This document shows positions 1 through 10,689 of a DNA stretch of 64,000 nucleotides, in pieces. The notes beneath the pieces are model-generated. The model was not told where the DNA came from, did no database searches, and worked only from the letters and a program-made list of their open reading frames with translations. The translations under genes were made by a program, and so were the position numbers. Source of the DNA: Scyliorhinus canicula (taxonomy: Eukaryota); contig NC_052158.1 of the NCBI RefSeq assembly GCF_902713615.1, forward strand, positions 30,359,990 through 30,423,989, read 5' to 3'. Position 1 is the stretch's first letter. Every line of letters begins with the position of its first letter.

Positions 1-3000
1 GATGTCGAGTCCTAAAAGGAATTCAGATCCTTTCATGGGGCGTCCGGACATGAGTGTGTGTGGGGTGAAACCTATTGATGCTGAAACAGTATTTCTTAAA
101 AACATAAGTGCGAATGGGAGCACTAAATCCCAAGTGGTATTGTTTTCCTGGACCATCTTTCGAAGGGTCGATTTTAGAGTCCGATTCATGCATTCCACGA
201 TACAACTGGACTGGGGGTGGTACGCAATGTGGAAATTTTGTTTAATGCCGAATATGGTCAGGACGTTTTTCATGACCGATTCTGTAAAATGAGATCCCTG
301 GTCCGACTCAATACTTCTGGGGAGTCCCCATCTAGTAAAGATGTGGTGGGTCAGGATATTTGCGGTCGTTTTTGCTGTGTTTGTTTGAGATGGGAATGCC
401 TCTACCCATTTCGTGAACGTGTCTATGACCACCAGTACGTATTTATAGCTATTCCTGCAAGGGGGCAATGGACTTATAAAATCGATCTGGAGGTTTGTCG
501 AGGGGCCATTAACGGGGCGAGTGTGGCTGAGTTGTGCCTCCTTAGAATACCTCTCCGGGTTATTCTGTGTACAAATCAAACAGTTCTCTATGTAGTGCGT
601 TACATTGTCTCTTAAATTGGGCCACCAACAGAGCTGCCTCAGGTGGGCTGTGGTAGGGTCGATCCATGGATGTCCAAAACAATCATGGACAAGGCAATCA
701 TTTGATTCCTGTCTTTCTCAGGAACCTCATACAACTTGTCTTTGATAACCACACCCTCGTGTATGGTCAGAGCGTGTTTAAACTTGCCGTAACGTGGCAA
801 AAACTTTCCTCTACTAATCTCCCTGAGATTGCTGTCCTGTTTTTATGCCTGTACTAGGTCCTCAATGTCTGCCTGTGAGACCTGAACAGAACTCACAGGG
901 GCGCTAGCTGGTGCACTAGCTGGGGGTGTCCAAAAATGTCCGTGCCTTGAACCTGCTTTTGCCAGGGGGGGGGGGGGGATGACCGATGGTGACTTCTACC
1001 TTTAATGATGCCATAAGTCCTCTCCTTTGCCTGTTCTAGGATTTGGCGGAGCAATTGGGCTGATGGAAGGGGCTTACCATCTGTGGAAACAAAACCTCTT
1101 GTCCTCCACATGGGTAGAAAATCTGTTAGGCTGTTACAGACATATAAGCTATCCGAATATATATCTGCTGGGCTGGGGAACGAAGCTGGGTGATCCACTA
1201 TGTATGCAATGGCCACGAGCTCTGCTGCCTGCGCGCCTAAGTGACCGGGTAACATTAATGCTATCTCCTCTAGTGCGTGTCCCTGTGCACCTTCCACATA
1301 AATTCCACATCCAGTAATGCGTTCGCCATCTAAAACAGTGGATGAACCATCCACATAAATCTTCAAAGGGGCACACATGTCTGCGTGCTGGGGGCTTTGA
1401 GTTGAACTTCCTATCTTCCTGGGGGGACGTTTTTGCAATGAAGGATCCTGTCTTGTGGAGGGGGGCTACTATTTCGCAATCATGGGGTTGTCCTGGGTAT
1501 TGGAGGTTGTCTGCTAAAAATGTGTGTGTCCTGGTCCGTTTAACTGTTATGTCCCGTCCCTGTAAAAGAAGTGTCCACTTAGCTGCTCTAATCTGGCTCA
1601 CTGAACCGTCCTTCTGTCGTCCGTCCAATAGAAGCTGTGTGGGGGTGTGTTCGGTCAAAATGGTGATGGGGTTGAGTCCGGTAATGTAAGAAACGTATTG
1701 TACTGCCCAGAATACAGCGAGTAGGTGCCTTTCGCAGGCTGAAAATCCTTGCTCTACTGGGTCTAACAGTCTGGAGGCATAAGCCACTGGTTGTAGCTGC
1801 TCGTGCCGTTCCTGAAGGAGCACGGCTGAGAGGGTCAGATCTGTGCTTGCTACCTCAATTGCATAGGGGGAGAGTGGGTCTGGAACTTGTAGTGCAGGTG
1901 CTGCGCTAAGGGCTTTCTTTAAATCTTCCACAGCCTCTGTATGCTGCGGAAGCGATTCCCAAGGGGCTCCTTTCTTAAGGAGGTCTGAAAGTGGTGCTGC
2001 CTTGGTCGCAAAACCATCGATATGGTTCTGGCAATACCCAACCAGTCCTAAAAATGACCGGAGGGCTGAAACATTTTGGGGAAGGGGCAATTTGACAATC
2101 GAGCCAATTCTTTTGAACTCGATCTCGCATTTGCCATGTGTGATGATTGTACCCAAATACATCACTTTACTCTCCAATAGTTGGGCCTTTCTGTGGTTAA
2201 CTTTACATCCGATTGAGTTCAGAAGTTCCAGGAGTTCAGACAGAAGCGTGATGTGCTCTGCCTTGGTGTCTGCCTGCAGTAATAGGTCGTCCACATGCTG
2301 TACCAGATATTCGGGTCGGGAAAATTTTGCTAGTCCATTTGCCAGCTGCCAGTGGAAAATGGAGGGGGAATTGTGAAATCCTTGTGGGAGGCATGTCCAC
2401 GTGTACTGCTGACCTTTGAAAGTGAAGGAAAATTTGTACTGACACGCCTTTGCCAATGGGATTGACCAAAAGCCGTTTCTAATGTCCAATACCGTGAAAT
2501 ACTTGGAGTTGAGTCCCTGCTTGAGCATGGACTCGGGACTTGTTGCTACCGTGAGGGCTACTGCTGGGGTAACTTTATTGAGTTCCCGATAATCAATGGT
2601 CAGATGCCATGATCCATCGGGCTTCCTCACTGGCCAAATAGGGGCGTTATTAGTCGAGGCTACTGTCCATAGTACGCCCTGCTCTAATAAACTCTCTATA
2701 ACATTTCCAATTTCTCCCTCTGCTTCTAGGGGAAATCTATACTGTCTTTGTGGTCTCGGGTCAGGTCCTGTAATCTGAACTTGTCCAGTCATTCTGCCGC
2801 AGTCGTGCCGGTGACAGGCAAATGCTGTCCTGTGCTTGTTCAAAACTGCCCTAACCTGTTTGTCCATGCTAAGCGTGGTCGCGGTCAAAACAATAGTCGC
2901 CTACTGCGCTAATCCTATGTTCGTACTCACCTACTGTGAGCGTTGCGGGTGCTCTGTCTGATTTTGCCATTCGTCAGACACACTGATTGACTGGGTCGAA

Positions 3001-3348
3001 CGACAGGCTGTGGGCATTCATAAAATTAATGCCCAGTATGTGTTCTGCTGTGTGGGGCAGATTAACTAAAACAACGGGGTGTCTGGTGGAGATATTCCCT
3101 AGTTGGATTGGTACAGGGGCTGTAATGGTTCCTTGCTGCGAGTGTCCTGTAAATCCGCTGAGTGTTATTGTGGCTGTAGTGGGCCACGTGTTTGCCTGTG
3201 GTGTAGTCGAGGAATTAATGGTCGTGAGGGACATGCCTGTGTTCCAGAGTAATTCTATGGGCTTTCCCCGAATTTTCGCTGTGACTACCAGTCGTCCGGA
3301 TCAGTCCCAGAGGGTGTCACAGACCCAAGTGGGGGAGCCCGAACACCG
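1..3348 (-). pseudogene. pol: pro-pol of copy 1: protease, RT, degenerate RNase H, second RNase H, integrase; disrupted
   Basis: Protease LLWNTG (DTG->NTG). ORF 1149-2888 holds RT plus the first RH. ORF 893-1438 holds the second RH. Integrase-like Y.YVLVVIDTFTKWVEAFP lies on the minus strand around 400-470. Confidence 0.9.
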
Positions 3349-5079
3349 TCAGTCTGTCCCGTCCACATTGGTCTGTCCTGACTGTGTCCCTATACTATGA
3401 ATAGGCTTCGCTCTGTTCCTGTTCAGAGTGCCTGTCTGCTGGCCTCTCTGAGATTTCTGCGGGGCGTTGCATTCCCTAGCAAAATGCCCTAACTGTCTGC
3501 AGTTAAAACATTCCTGTGACTTCTGTGGGGGGCTGTCTGTCCCTCATTTACCCATGCGGGGTTTTCACTGCCTGAATATCTGCTGCAGCCTGAGCTTCTT
3601 CGGGGTTCTTAAATGTTGCCTTGCCGTGAACAGATTGCTCCCAAGCGCGGGACAATCTTTTCAATACCCATTTTTCATTATGGGCCTCTTCTGAGGGGTC
3701 GTAATTGGAGCAGGCTTTCTGTCCTGCATCTGTGGTGTGGGAGATGATAGTGCGGGTCCATTTAACCATGTTATCTTGGGTCAAATGTGCGCGGTCTAAA
3801 TCACCGAAAACTACAGTGAAGTGAATCCACAGCCTTCCTGCGAATGCTGTGGGGTGCTCGGTCTTTTTCTGTCTACACTTGTTTAGGCCTTCGACTGGGT
3901 CTCCTCTGTTGTACCTTATCGCATCTAAAATAGCTGTATGCATCTGTTCGAGGGTGCCTCCTCGACGTTCTGTGGGTCGGGGAGGGCTGCTACTACCGAT
4001 GAGTCTAAACTCAAAACTGTGAGCTTAACCTCTCGTGCATCAAGGCCGTACATGGTCGCCTGTTGCTTAACTTTTGCAAAGAATTGGTGAGAGTCTGAAG
4101 TGGGGAGAAACGGTGTGATTTTCTCACACATGTCCCTTAGTTGTGTCACGGTTAAGGGGGTGGTGTAAGTGATCTCGGCTGCGCCGTCTGCAGTTGCTTT
4201 TCATTGGGTGGTGGCTGGGTTCATTAGTGCGGGTGCTATCTGATCTGTGGGGGGTTGGGGCGCTTTCCTTTTCTGCTGCGCTGCTAGAGCACATGTTCCC
4301 TGAACATATCGCTGCGCTGTCTCACTTAACTCCTGACAATTTGAGGCATTCTCTTCTTCTAATTGTGTTCCAAAGGTTTCTTGGAAGCCAATCTGCACAG
4401 AAAGCAGAGATTGCAGCTCCGCAATCTGCTTCCTACATTTTGCATGGTCCACCGTGCTTTGCCTTTGCTCAGTGGTGGCCTCATGGTGTGCCCTTATAAC
4501 TGCCTTTTGGTCGCTACACTGCTTTTTCAGTGTCTCGACCTGTTTCTCTGATTCCTGTCTTATCAAGACTGCACGCTGCACATCTTAATAGTTTTTTTTG
4601 TACTCAACTTGAGAGCTGCTCAGATGGGCTAGACAAGACTGATGTGCCCTCTTGGCATCATCCACGTCTCTATCCTTATCTGCCAGCCTTTGTCTTAATC
4701 CTAAATTCTCCTTTTCGATGTCCCTGACATCTACTTTGCTCATTCTGTTTTTCTCCTCTAAATCTGCTCGGAGCGTCCTGACGACCTCCTCTGTGCCTCG
4801 CAGTTGTGCCAAGCAGGACACAATTGCTATCGGCTTACGTACTTTACTTAAACATTTCTTATGAATTTCAGACAGGTTCTCCCACCAAGTATGCCCTATA
4901 CTCCCGGGACCTTCCTCCTCATTCAAACAAAACTCACCCCAAAGGGGCCATCCTTTCCCTTTGAGGTACTTCCTGAGTTCCAGCTCCCAAACGGGACACT
5001 GACCTACTCTGCTGCTGTTGGTCGCTGCGACCACGAACTGCTCAGGGTTCATGAGGCGTTCCATTGCCTGCATGGCCAT
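3349..5079 (-). pseudogene. gag: gag of copy 1 (N-terminal domain, coiled coil, capsid-like region, CCHC knuckle); frameshifted
   Basis: ORFs 4585-5079, 4201-4581, 3925-4149 and 3548-3943 are colinear with copy 2 gag. Ends at the TGA at 3351-3349. Confidence 0.85.
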
Positions 5080-5456
5080 TTCTTCTATCTTATGCTCTCT
5101 TATATTTGGAACGAGGGATAATAAGGCAGTGCTATAAAATACGGGTACGGCTTTCGCTATTTTCCGAATTATAAACTCCCAACAGTTTGTCGCAACACAA
5201 ATCTCTCGGTTTTACCTTACAACCCTGTTAGTTACGCATGCAAAAACACACTTCCGAATTATGAGGATTGATTTGAACTACTTGAACACTTGTGGCTTTT
5301 CCTTTTCACAGTTGGATTTCAGATTCATATTTCTGGGTTCTCTCGGAGTGGGGGGCGGGGGGGGGGGCACTTCTAGTCGAGTCCCGGCGGATTCGCCACT
5401 CGTTCTGGGTGAGTGTGCTTTACACTCAATTTGGCTCTGTTTCGTTCCTTAGCTCT

Positions 5457-5466
5457 GGAGTCGCCA
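5457..5466 (-). promoter_or_regulatory. Primer-binding site, tRNA-Arg(UCU)-like
   Basis: TGGCGACTCC directly after the LTR. It is complementary to the 3' end (...GGAGUCG-CCA) of vertebrate tRNA-Arg(UCU) as I recall it. Only a 10-nt match. Confidence 0.6.
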
Positions 5467-5469
5467 GGT

Positions 5470-6301
5470 ATCGTTAAGATACCGCCACAAGTTTCAAGTT
5501 CAAGTTCAGACCAATAACTCCATACACCAGTTAGTATGTTCAAACAAGACACGTTTATTATAATACAGTTATCTACTAATTATGCATATAAAACTACAAG
5601 ACTAGGCTAATCCTACCACTAACAGGCCAGTGCTTATCTGGAATAAGGGAACTGCCGGATTAGGGAACAACAGCCTCTTGCTTGGTCCTGGATCCGCAGG
5701 CTTCCAGTCGGTGTGGACTAAAGGGGTCATGAATGTCTACTCTCGTAGAGTGCGTTGTGTGACACTTACTTGGTGGCGGCTGCTGACCAAGCCTCCTCTT
5801 CTCAAGGTCTTCTGCTGCAACGGTGGTCAAGGAGAGCGCTGGCTTAGAGGAGCTGGTCAAGAGAAAGAGAGCTGGGGTCGGGGTCTCTGTCTTATACCTC
5901 TCCCAGGGTCTCGCGCCCACGTGGGCGGACCCTCGATACGCTCACAATCGATTGGGTCCTTCCCAATCGATTGATTTGAATTTCCCCAATAACGGGGCAG
6001 TCCCTCGATCACTGGGCGGTTCTTGGGGGTTATTGTTTTGGACCTCTTGGCGCCGAGAAGTCTGGCCTTCTATTCAATGTAGCGATTTGAGTTAACTTGT
6101 TTCCATTGTACCTGGGAATCACTGGGTATCGCCTCATTAGTATGCTAACTTGTTTTCTTTCACAGTGCTGTCTGGTTTCTGCAGCAGTCAGAATACACAA
6201 GCGCTTTTACAAGCTGCTTGCTTTTGCAACGTGTCCATTTTCCCTGCATTCTTTGTAATCTTCCATTTTGTGTTGGGCAGTGGCCACCCCAGGTGGCTAC
6301 A
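5470..6301 (-). repeat. 5' LTR of retrovirus-like copy 1
   Basis: Start TGTAGCCACCTGGGGTGGCCAC matches 34954 (TGTAGCCACCAGGGGTGGCCAC). AATAAA at 5559-5554. Followed by the PBS. The 3' end is approximate. Confidence 0.85.
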
Positions 6302-6899
6302 CCTGGACGTGCAATTAGAACTCTTTCAAAGTGACCCGATGAGTTCAACACGAAAAGCTTCGACGTGCCTCTGTTTTCAACCATACTCAAGTTCTATTTA
6401 TAGCAAACAGTCAGTGAAAATCTCAAATATTCGCTTCGAAAAAAAAAAAGTTGATGTTGACTCTGGGGCTCCCAAAAGAAAATTTCAAAATTCGGATTGA
6501 TTGAAAGTTTGGTTGAGGTCTAAACGGTAAATGAGTCAAGGGAGTTTGATTGTGTTACGACGCCAATAAGCCAGGATCTCTGGAATGGGTCGAAAAGCCT
6601 AGTTCTGTTCCCTTTCCTAAAATATCAGCTGCAGGCACAAAGTAACACTCCCTAAAATCTCCCAGGTACTCATCTAAGGAGATTCAGTAAATGCTGCCCA
6701 CCACTATCTCCCCACCCCTTCTCTGAATCCAACCAGATATCGCAGCTCCAAGTTTAACGAAGCAATTCATATTTTAATGTGCAATTTACCAACAAACACA
6801 ACACATTTCAGGGAAAGAATAATCAAGTTCCGAGTGCAGCAAAGAAACAGCTAATAACTTATATAACACAAATGAAGTAAACATGATTTTAAGGACTGA

Positions 6900-6942
6900 T
6901 CACCCACCAGTGAGATCAATTTCTTCATAGATTGCCTCGACC
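6900..6942 (-). CDS. Candidate terminal cytoplasmic exon of NCR3-like gene 1 (x-VEAIYEEIDLTGG*)
   Basis: Strong polypyrimidine acceptor TTCTTTCCGCTTTCTTCTTTCGAAG| at 6943. The phase-2 reading gives a YEEI motif, then TGA at 6902-6900. Its link to gene 1 is inferred. Confidence 0.45.
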
Positions 6943-8184
6943 CTTCGAAAGAAGAAAGCGGAAAGAATTAATTAATGTTCATAATTTCTTGAGATAAAAT
7001 AGACATTTAAAATGGGTTGTGGTTCCATTTACCAACCTTGATTCTGGCATTGGGCGTGGTCCACAATGAACTGGGGCAAAATAGAGAGAAGGTTAAACTA
7101 AATGTGAAGCATATTTTGCCATTTTGAAAGAACATCCTTTCGGGATACAGAGATAGTTTTAAATCACCTTTATTTGCAATTTTGGATATTACAAATAAGA
7201 CGTAGCTTTATGTAAGTTTATGGTCATGTTTCTATGCGAGAAAGGCTTAATAGTTTGGTTATATTCATGTTTCAAACAGCATGCATTGAGATTAAATACT
7301 TTACAACGTGAAAACAAACTATGACAAAAAAGAGTAGCTAGTGTTTATCATCCAGAGGACACTTTAGGCTAGGAAGAATTTCTGAGTATAGTTTTAAGCT
7401 GGACCCAGTAGCAGATGGAACTGGGTAGCTGAAGAGGAAGCAGCTCCCACAGAAACTGCCAGTAAAGAAGCAGGACAATGGAGTGTGAACAGAAATCTAT
7501 CCCAGAAGCTAAATAACAGACAGTTTAGAAATCAGGGAATGGAAAGGTAAGTTCCAGGTCTACCGAACTCAAAGGGACAAAGGTAACTGGGATCTGAACA
7601 AGGTACTTCTCATACGAGTGAAAGAAGGGAGCAGAAGGAGGCTCCCAGTTATAGACAGAGTTGAAAGGTCAGACTTCGTGAAGTTGACTGGCGGGAAGCT
7701 ATCTGAACTACGTCTAAGGCTGGTGAGCCAAGTACAAACTGTGAAACAATAGTGTTCTGTTGGCATAGCTCGGTACCTGGCAAGTTGTATCGAAGCTTGA
7801 ATGCAAGGCAGGGGATACGGAAACGAGAGATTGAAATCCTGGAAGTGGATCCGTCGTGAAGCATCTGAGAAAATGCTTTGTTTGGGGAACAATTCGAAAA
7901 TACGCTTTGTCAAGAATGGAGTTGTACACATTCGTTTGAGTCAGAGCAGTTGGCTTAAAGTGTGCTATGAAATTCGGGGGGGTTTAATGAAAATCGATAG
8001 AGGTTGTATCGGATGGCGTCTCGCACTTGGTTTAAAAATGGGAGGTGCCTGACTACAGTTGACCTGTTGGTTTCCAGGAAATATGCAGTCACTGAGAACA
8101 CTATAGTATAAAATATATTCTGTAACTTGTGTTATCCTTAAAAAGCTGAGTACATTTGTGACAAAATTGGTGGGGTGCAGTTAC

Positions 8185-8278
8185 ATTGTGGTATCGTCAT
8201 TATTTCCAGGGTTAATGGATGTTTTATTCTTTTGTAAAAAGCTCATTGACTGTCCTGTGACTCTGTTCGTCTCCATTT
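8185..8278 (-). CDS. Candidate cytoplasmic exon of NCR3-like gene 1 (EMETNRVTGQSMSFLQKNKTSINPGNNDDTTM)
   Basis: Acceptor ...CTTAACTGTTACCTATTGTTAG|. The phase-1 frame is open and continues the TM exon. It ends either at TAA (8183-8181) or at a weak phase-2 donor AT|GTAACT (8185). Confidence 0.4.
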
Positions 8279-8471
8279 CTAACAATAGGTAACAGTTAAG
8301 GTCTATTGAGCCAGGGTTCAATCCTTGGACCTTCCCGTCCAGTAGTAACATCAGGTGGAATTGTAACAACCCATCGATCAATTCTTAGATGTATGGAATA
8401 AAGTGCATATAACAAGCGCGATTTAATATTTCAAACGTAATATGTGTGAAATATCAGTTCAATGTCAATAC

Positions 8472-8576
8472 CGTTGATGAGGCTGTTGTGCTTGTACAGG
8501 ACACTCCCAGTAAGGATCACTCCAAGGATTATCACTGCTCTGATGCACCAAAGGGTCCCCGTGGCAGGTCTTCGAT
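8472..8576 (-). CDS. NCR3: Transmembrane exon of NCR3/NKp30-like gene 1 (xRRPATGTLWCIRAVIILGVILTGSVLYKHNSLIN)
   Basis: 105 nt, phase 1/1, acceptor CTCTTCTTAG| and donor G|GTATTG. Hydrophobic helix with an Arg placed like the NKp30 TM (TVLLLRAG...GSTVYY). Confidence 0.75.
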
Positions 8577-9369
8577 CTAAGAAGAGGGGCAAATATATAT
8601 AATTCTCAGCACTTCGGCAAGCTACCGGTTTCCGATCATTCGACTAATATCAAGTATTTCTACATGAAGAGAAAATCAAAGTAGTTTGTGTAACTAATTT
8701 TGACATTAAACGTGAAAAGATTCCATCAGCGCATCAATTACTATCAATTGGTCGTCTTGTTTCTGAATCATGATGTTTTTTTGGGAAGGTATTGGGAACT
8801 TAAGGACAGTATAAAGGTTTAAACTGAACAATGTATGCAGGAAAACGTGTGTCGTTGCATGTGTCATCTTTGCGCTCAACCATTAAACTGGAGCTCTTAC
8901 ACTAGGAGACTTTAGGTGATTGGGTGCCTCGCTGTACTGCTACTCAGAAAACATGAAAGCCGAAGACAATGCTAATAGTTAACACATTGCAGCGTATGGG
9001 TTTCTGCTGTGTGCAGATAGGGTATATTGCTTCCCTACGCAACAGCAATTACTGCACTTCAGAAAACCGCATTTCGCAGATTTTGTTTAGAACCTTTTGG
9101 GATTAATGTGGCGACGTTAGATAGGGGCCACGTTTGCTACATTTCCTTGGGCAAGTCAATAACACACTTATCTTTTTGTTCACTAGTGTTACTGAAAAGG
9201 GTGGGATTTTTGTCTCTCAGTGTGTTTCCTGAGACAGCTCTATTGCGGAGAGACGATGGGCGAGTCGGAACATCACTGGGCTGGTAGACTTGATGCACGT
9301 TCAAAACTTGCGAGGAAGGGGAAGAATGGGGCGTGGTGGTGGGGGGGGGGGGGGGGGCTGGTGTCAATT

Positions 9370-9901
9370 CTCAACCGTCAGTTCTTGGACTTTGACTTAA
9401 ATTCATAAAGTCTGGAATGGAAAGATAGCCTGAATAAATGGACTATGAGACTATAATCGATTGTTGCAAACATCTTTGGTTCACCCTTTAGGGAAGGAAA
9501 TTCCTTACAACCCCTAAAGTGAATGTGGCCATCAGGCCCATCGGCCCTCCGAAAGAACACTCTACCTAGGCCTGTTCGTCTGCTCTATACCCGCCCTGTA
9601 CCTGTGATCTCACTTAACCTTTGGACACGAAGGGGGAATTTAAGCATGGGCAATCTGCTTGCACATCTTTTGATTGTGGGAGGAAACATTTTCAAACTCA
9701 TTCTGACACACAGAGAACGTGCACACTCCAAAGACAGGTCAGAATCGAACCCAGGTCCGTGGAACTGTGATGCAGCAGTAATAACCAGTGCACCACCGTA
9801 CCGTACCGCCTGTTGTCCCTGCTGTGCTGAACTACCTACGACTCCAAGCCAGCAAAGCAGCTCACTGAAATGGCCTAACAAACCACTCGGCTCAAAGGCA
9901 G
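9370..9901 (+). mobile_element. Deu-domain SINE (SacSINE1-like), split by a V-SINE and by the Gmr1 element; the tail resumes at 20259-20310
   Basis: CTTTAGGGAAGGAAAT core. CTGAAATGGCCTAACAAACCACTC-GGCTCAAAGGCAG continues as TTAGGAATGGG...GGCCTTGCCA after 20263. Confidence 0.6.
9511..9815 (-). mobile_element. tRNA-derived V-SINE (HE1-like), degenerate
   Basis: tRNA-like head (reverse of GGTTCGATTC) plus similarity to the intact copies at 26525 and 43681. Confidence 0.65.
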
Positions 9902-10603
9902 TGTTAAGGGCCAGGGTTTAGAAAACTCCAAAGCGTATCAGGGGGTTCACCCGACCTATAACTGCTTATTCATTTTGGTTACGATGAGCTCAAGAGCCTG
10001 TCTTTCAGGTGTTATTCAACAAAGGTCTGAGGCGCTTTTAATAAAAAAACAAGGTTTATACTATGAATTTAGTTAACGTTTTTATAAACGCACACAGTAC
10101 GCATTTTTATCAACTACGAACAAAAATACCCCACACAGCTGCAGTAATCTATGTATAACCCTTAATGAATCCCCCTTTACTGTTCTAATTAAATAACAAA
10201 GTGCAAGCATAAAACCAGAACTCCCTTTCCAAAGGTGTAGCCCAGCACACGGCCCAGTTACTGATCTAAGACTCGGTATGGATACTCTTGTTTCTTTTCC
10301 AAAACAGCATGTTTAATTTCATTCCAGAAAGCAATCATCTCTTTGAGTTATCAAGCAGTCTGGAAACAACTTTTAAAATAAAGATATAGAAACCCCTCTT
10401 TTCAACCTGTGCAGTACAAAACCAATTCAAACCCAAAACGAAAGTAACACTGAGCCACAGCTATTTCTCAACTCCAAAGCGGATGTAAAAGCTCGCAGAG
10501 CCACAGCTCAGCTCCACCCACAGCTCAGCTCCACCCACACACTGACATTACTGAAGCCATGTGATGAGACAAAAACGTCTCTTAAACGGACATTCCCATG
10601 ACA
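9902..10603 (-). repeat. 3' LTR of Gmr1 element A
   Basis: TGTCATGGG...CCCTTAACA, preceded by the PPT. Homologous to 19594-20258. Confidence 0.85.
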
Positions 10604-10689
10604 TCTCCCACCAAGAAAAAAACATAAATCATCAGCTTCAAAGATGGTTTCATTTTTCGCATTTTCACTTGCCCATTAATAACAATTCA

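Larger units (their letters stand above)
1..6301 (-). mobile_element. Defective retrovirus-like LTR element, copy 1 (5' LTR-PBS-gag-pro-RT-RH tether-RH-IN); runs off the left window edge
   Basis: LTR starts TGTAGCCACC at 6301. Gag fragments 5079->3349 with CFNCRQLGHFAREC zinc knuckle. RT motifs LDIRNGFWSIPL, LPQGFHNSPSIF, QHVDD. Second RNase H IYVDGSS..AQAAEL..IYSDS. Integrase core near 1-600. Frameshifts and stops throughout. Confidence 0.93.

Noticed and set aside
6553-8163. Two possible solo LTRs (~6553-6870 and ~7211-8163); a similar candidate starts at 51259
   Set aside because: TG...CA-like ends, but no TSD or second copy in the window. Left unannotated.
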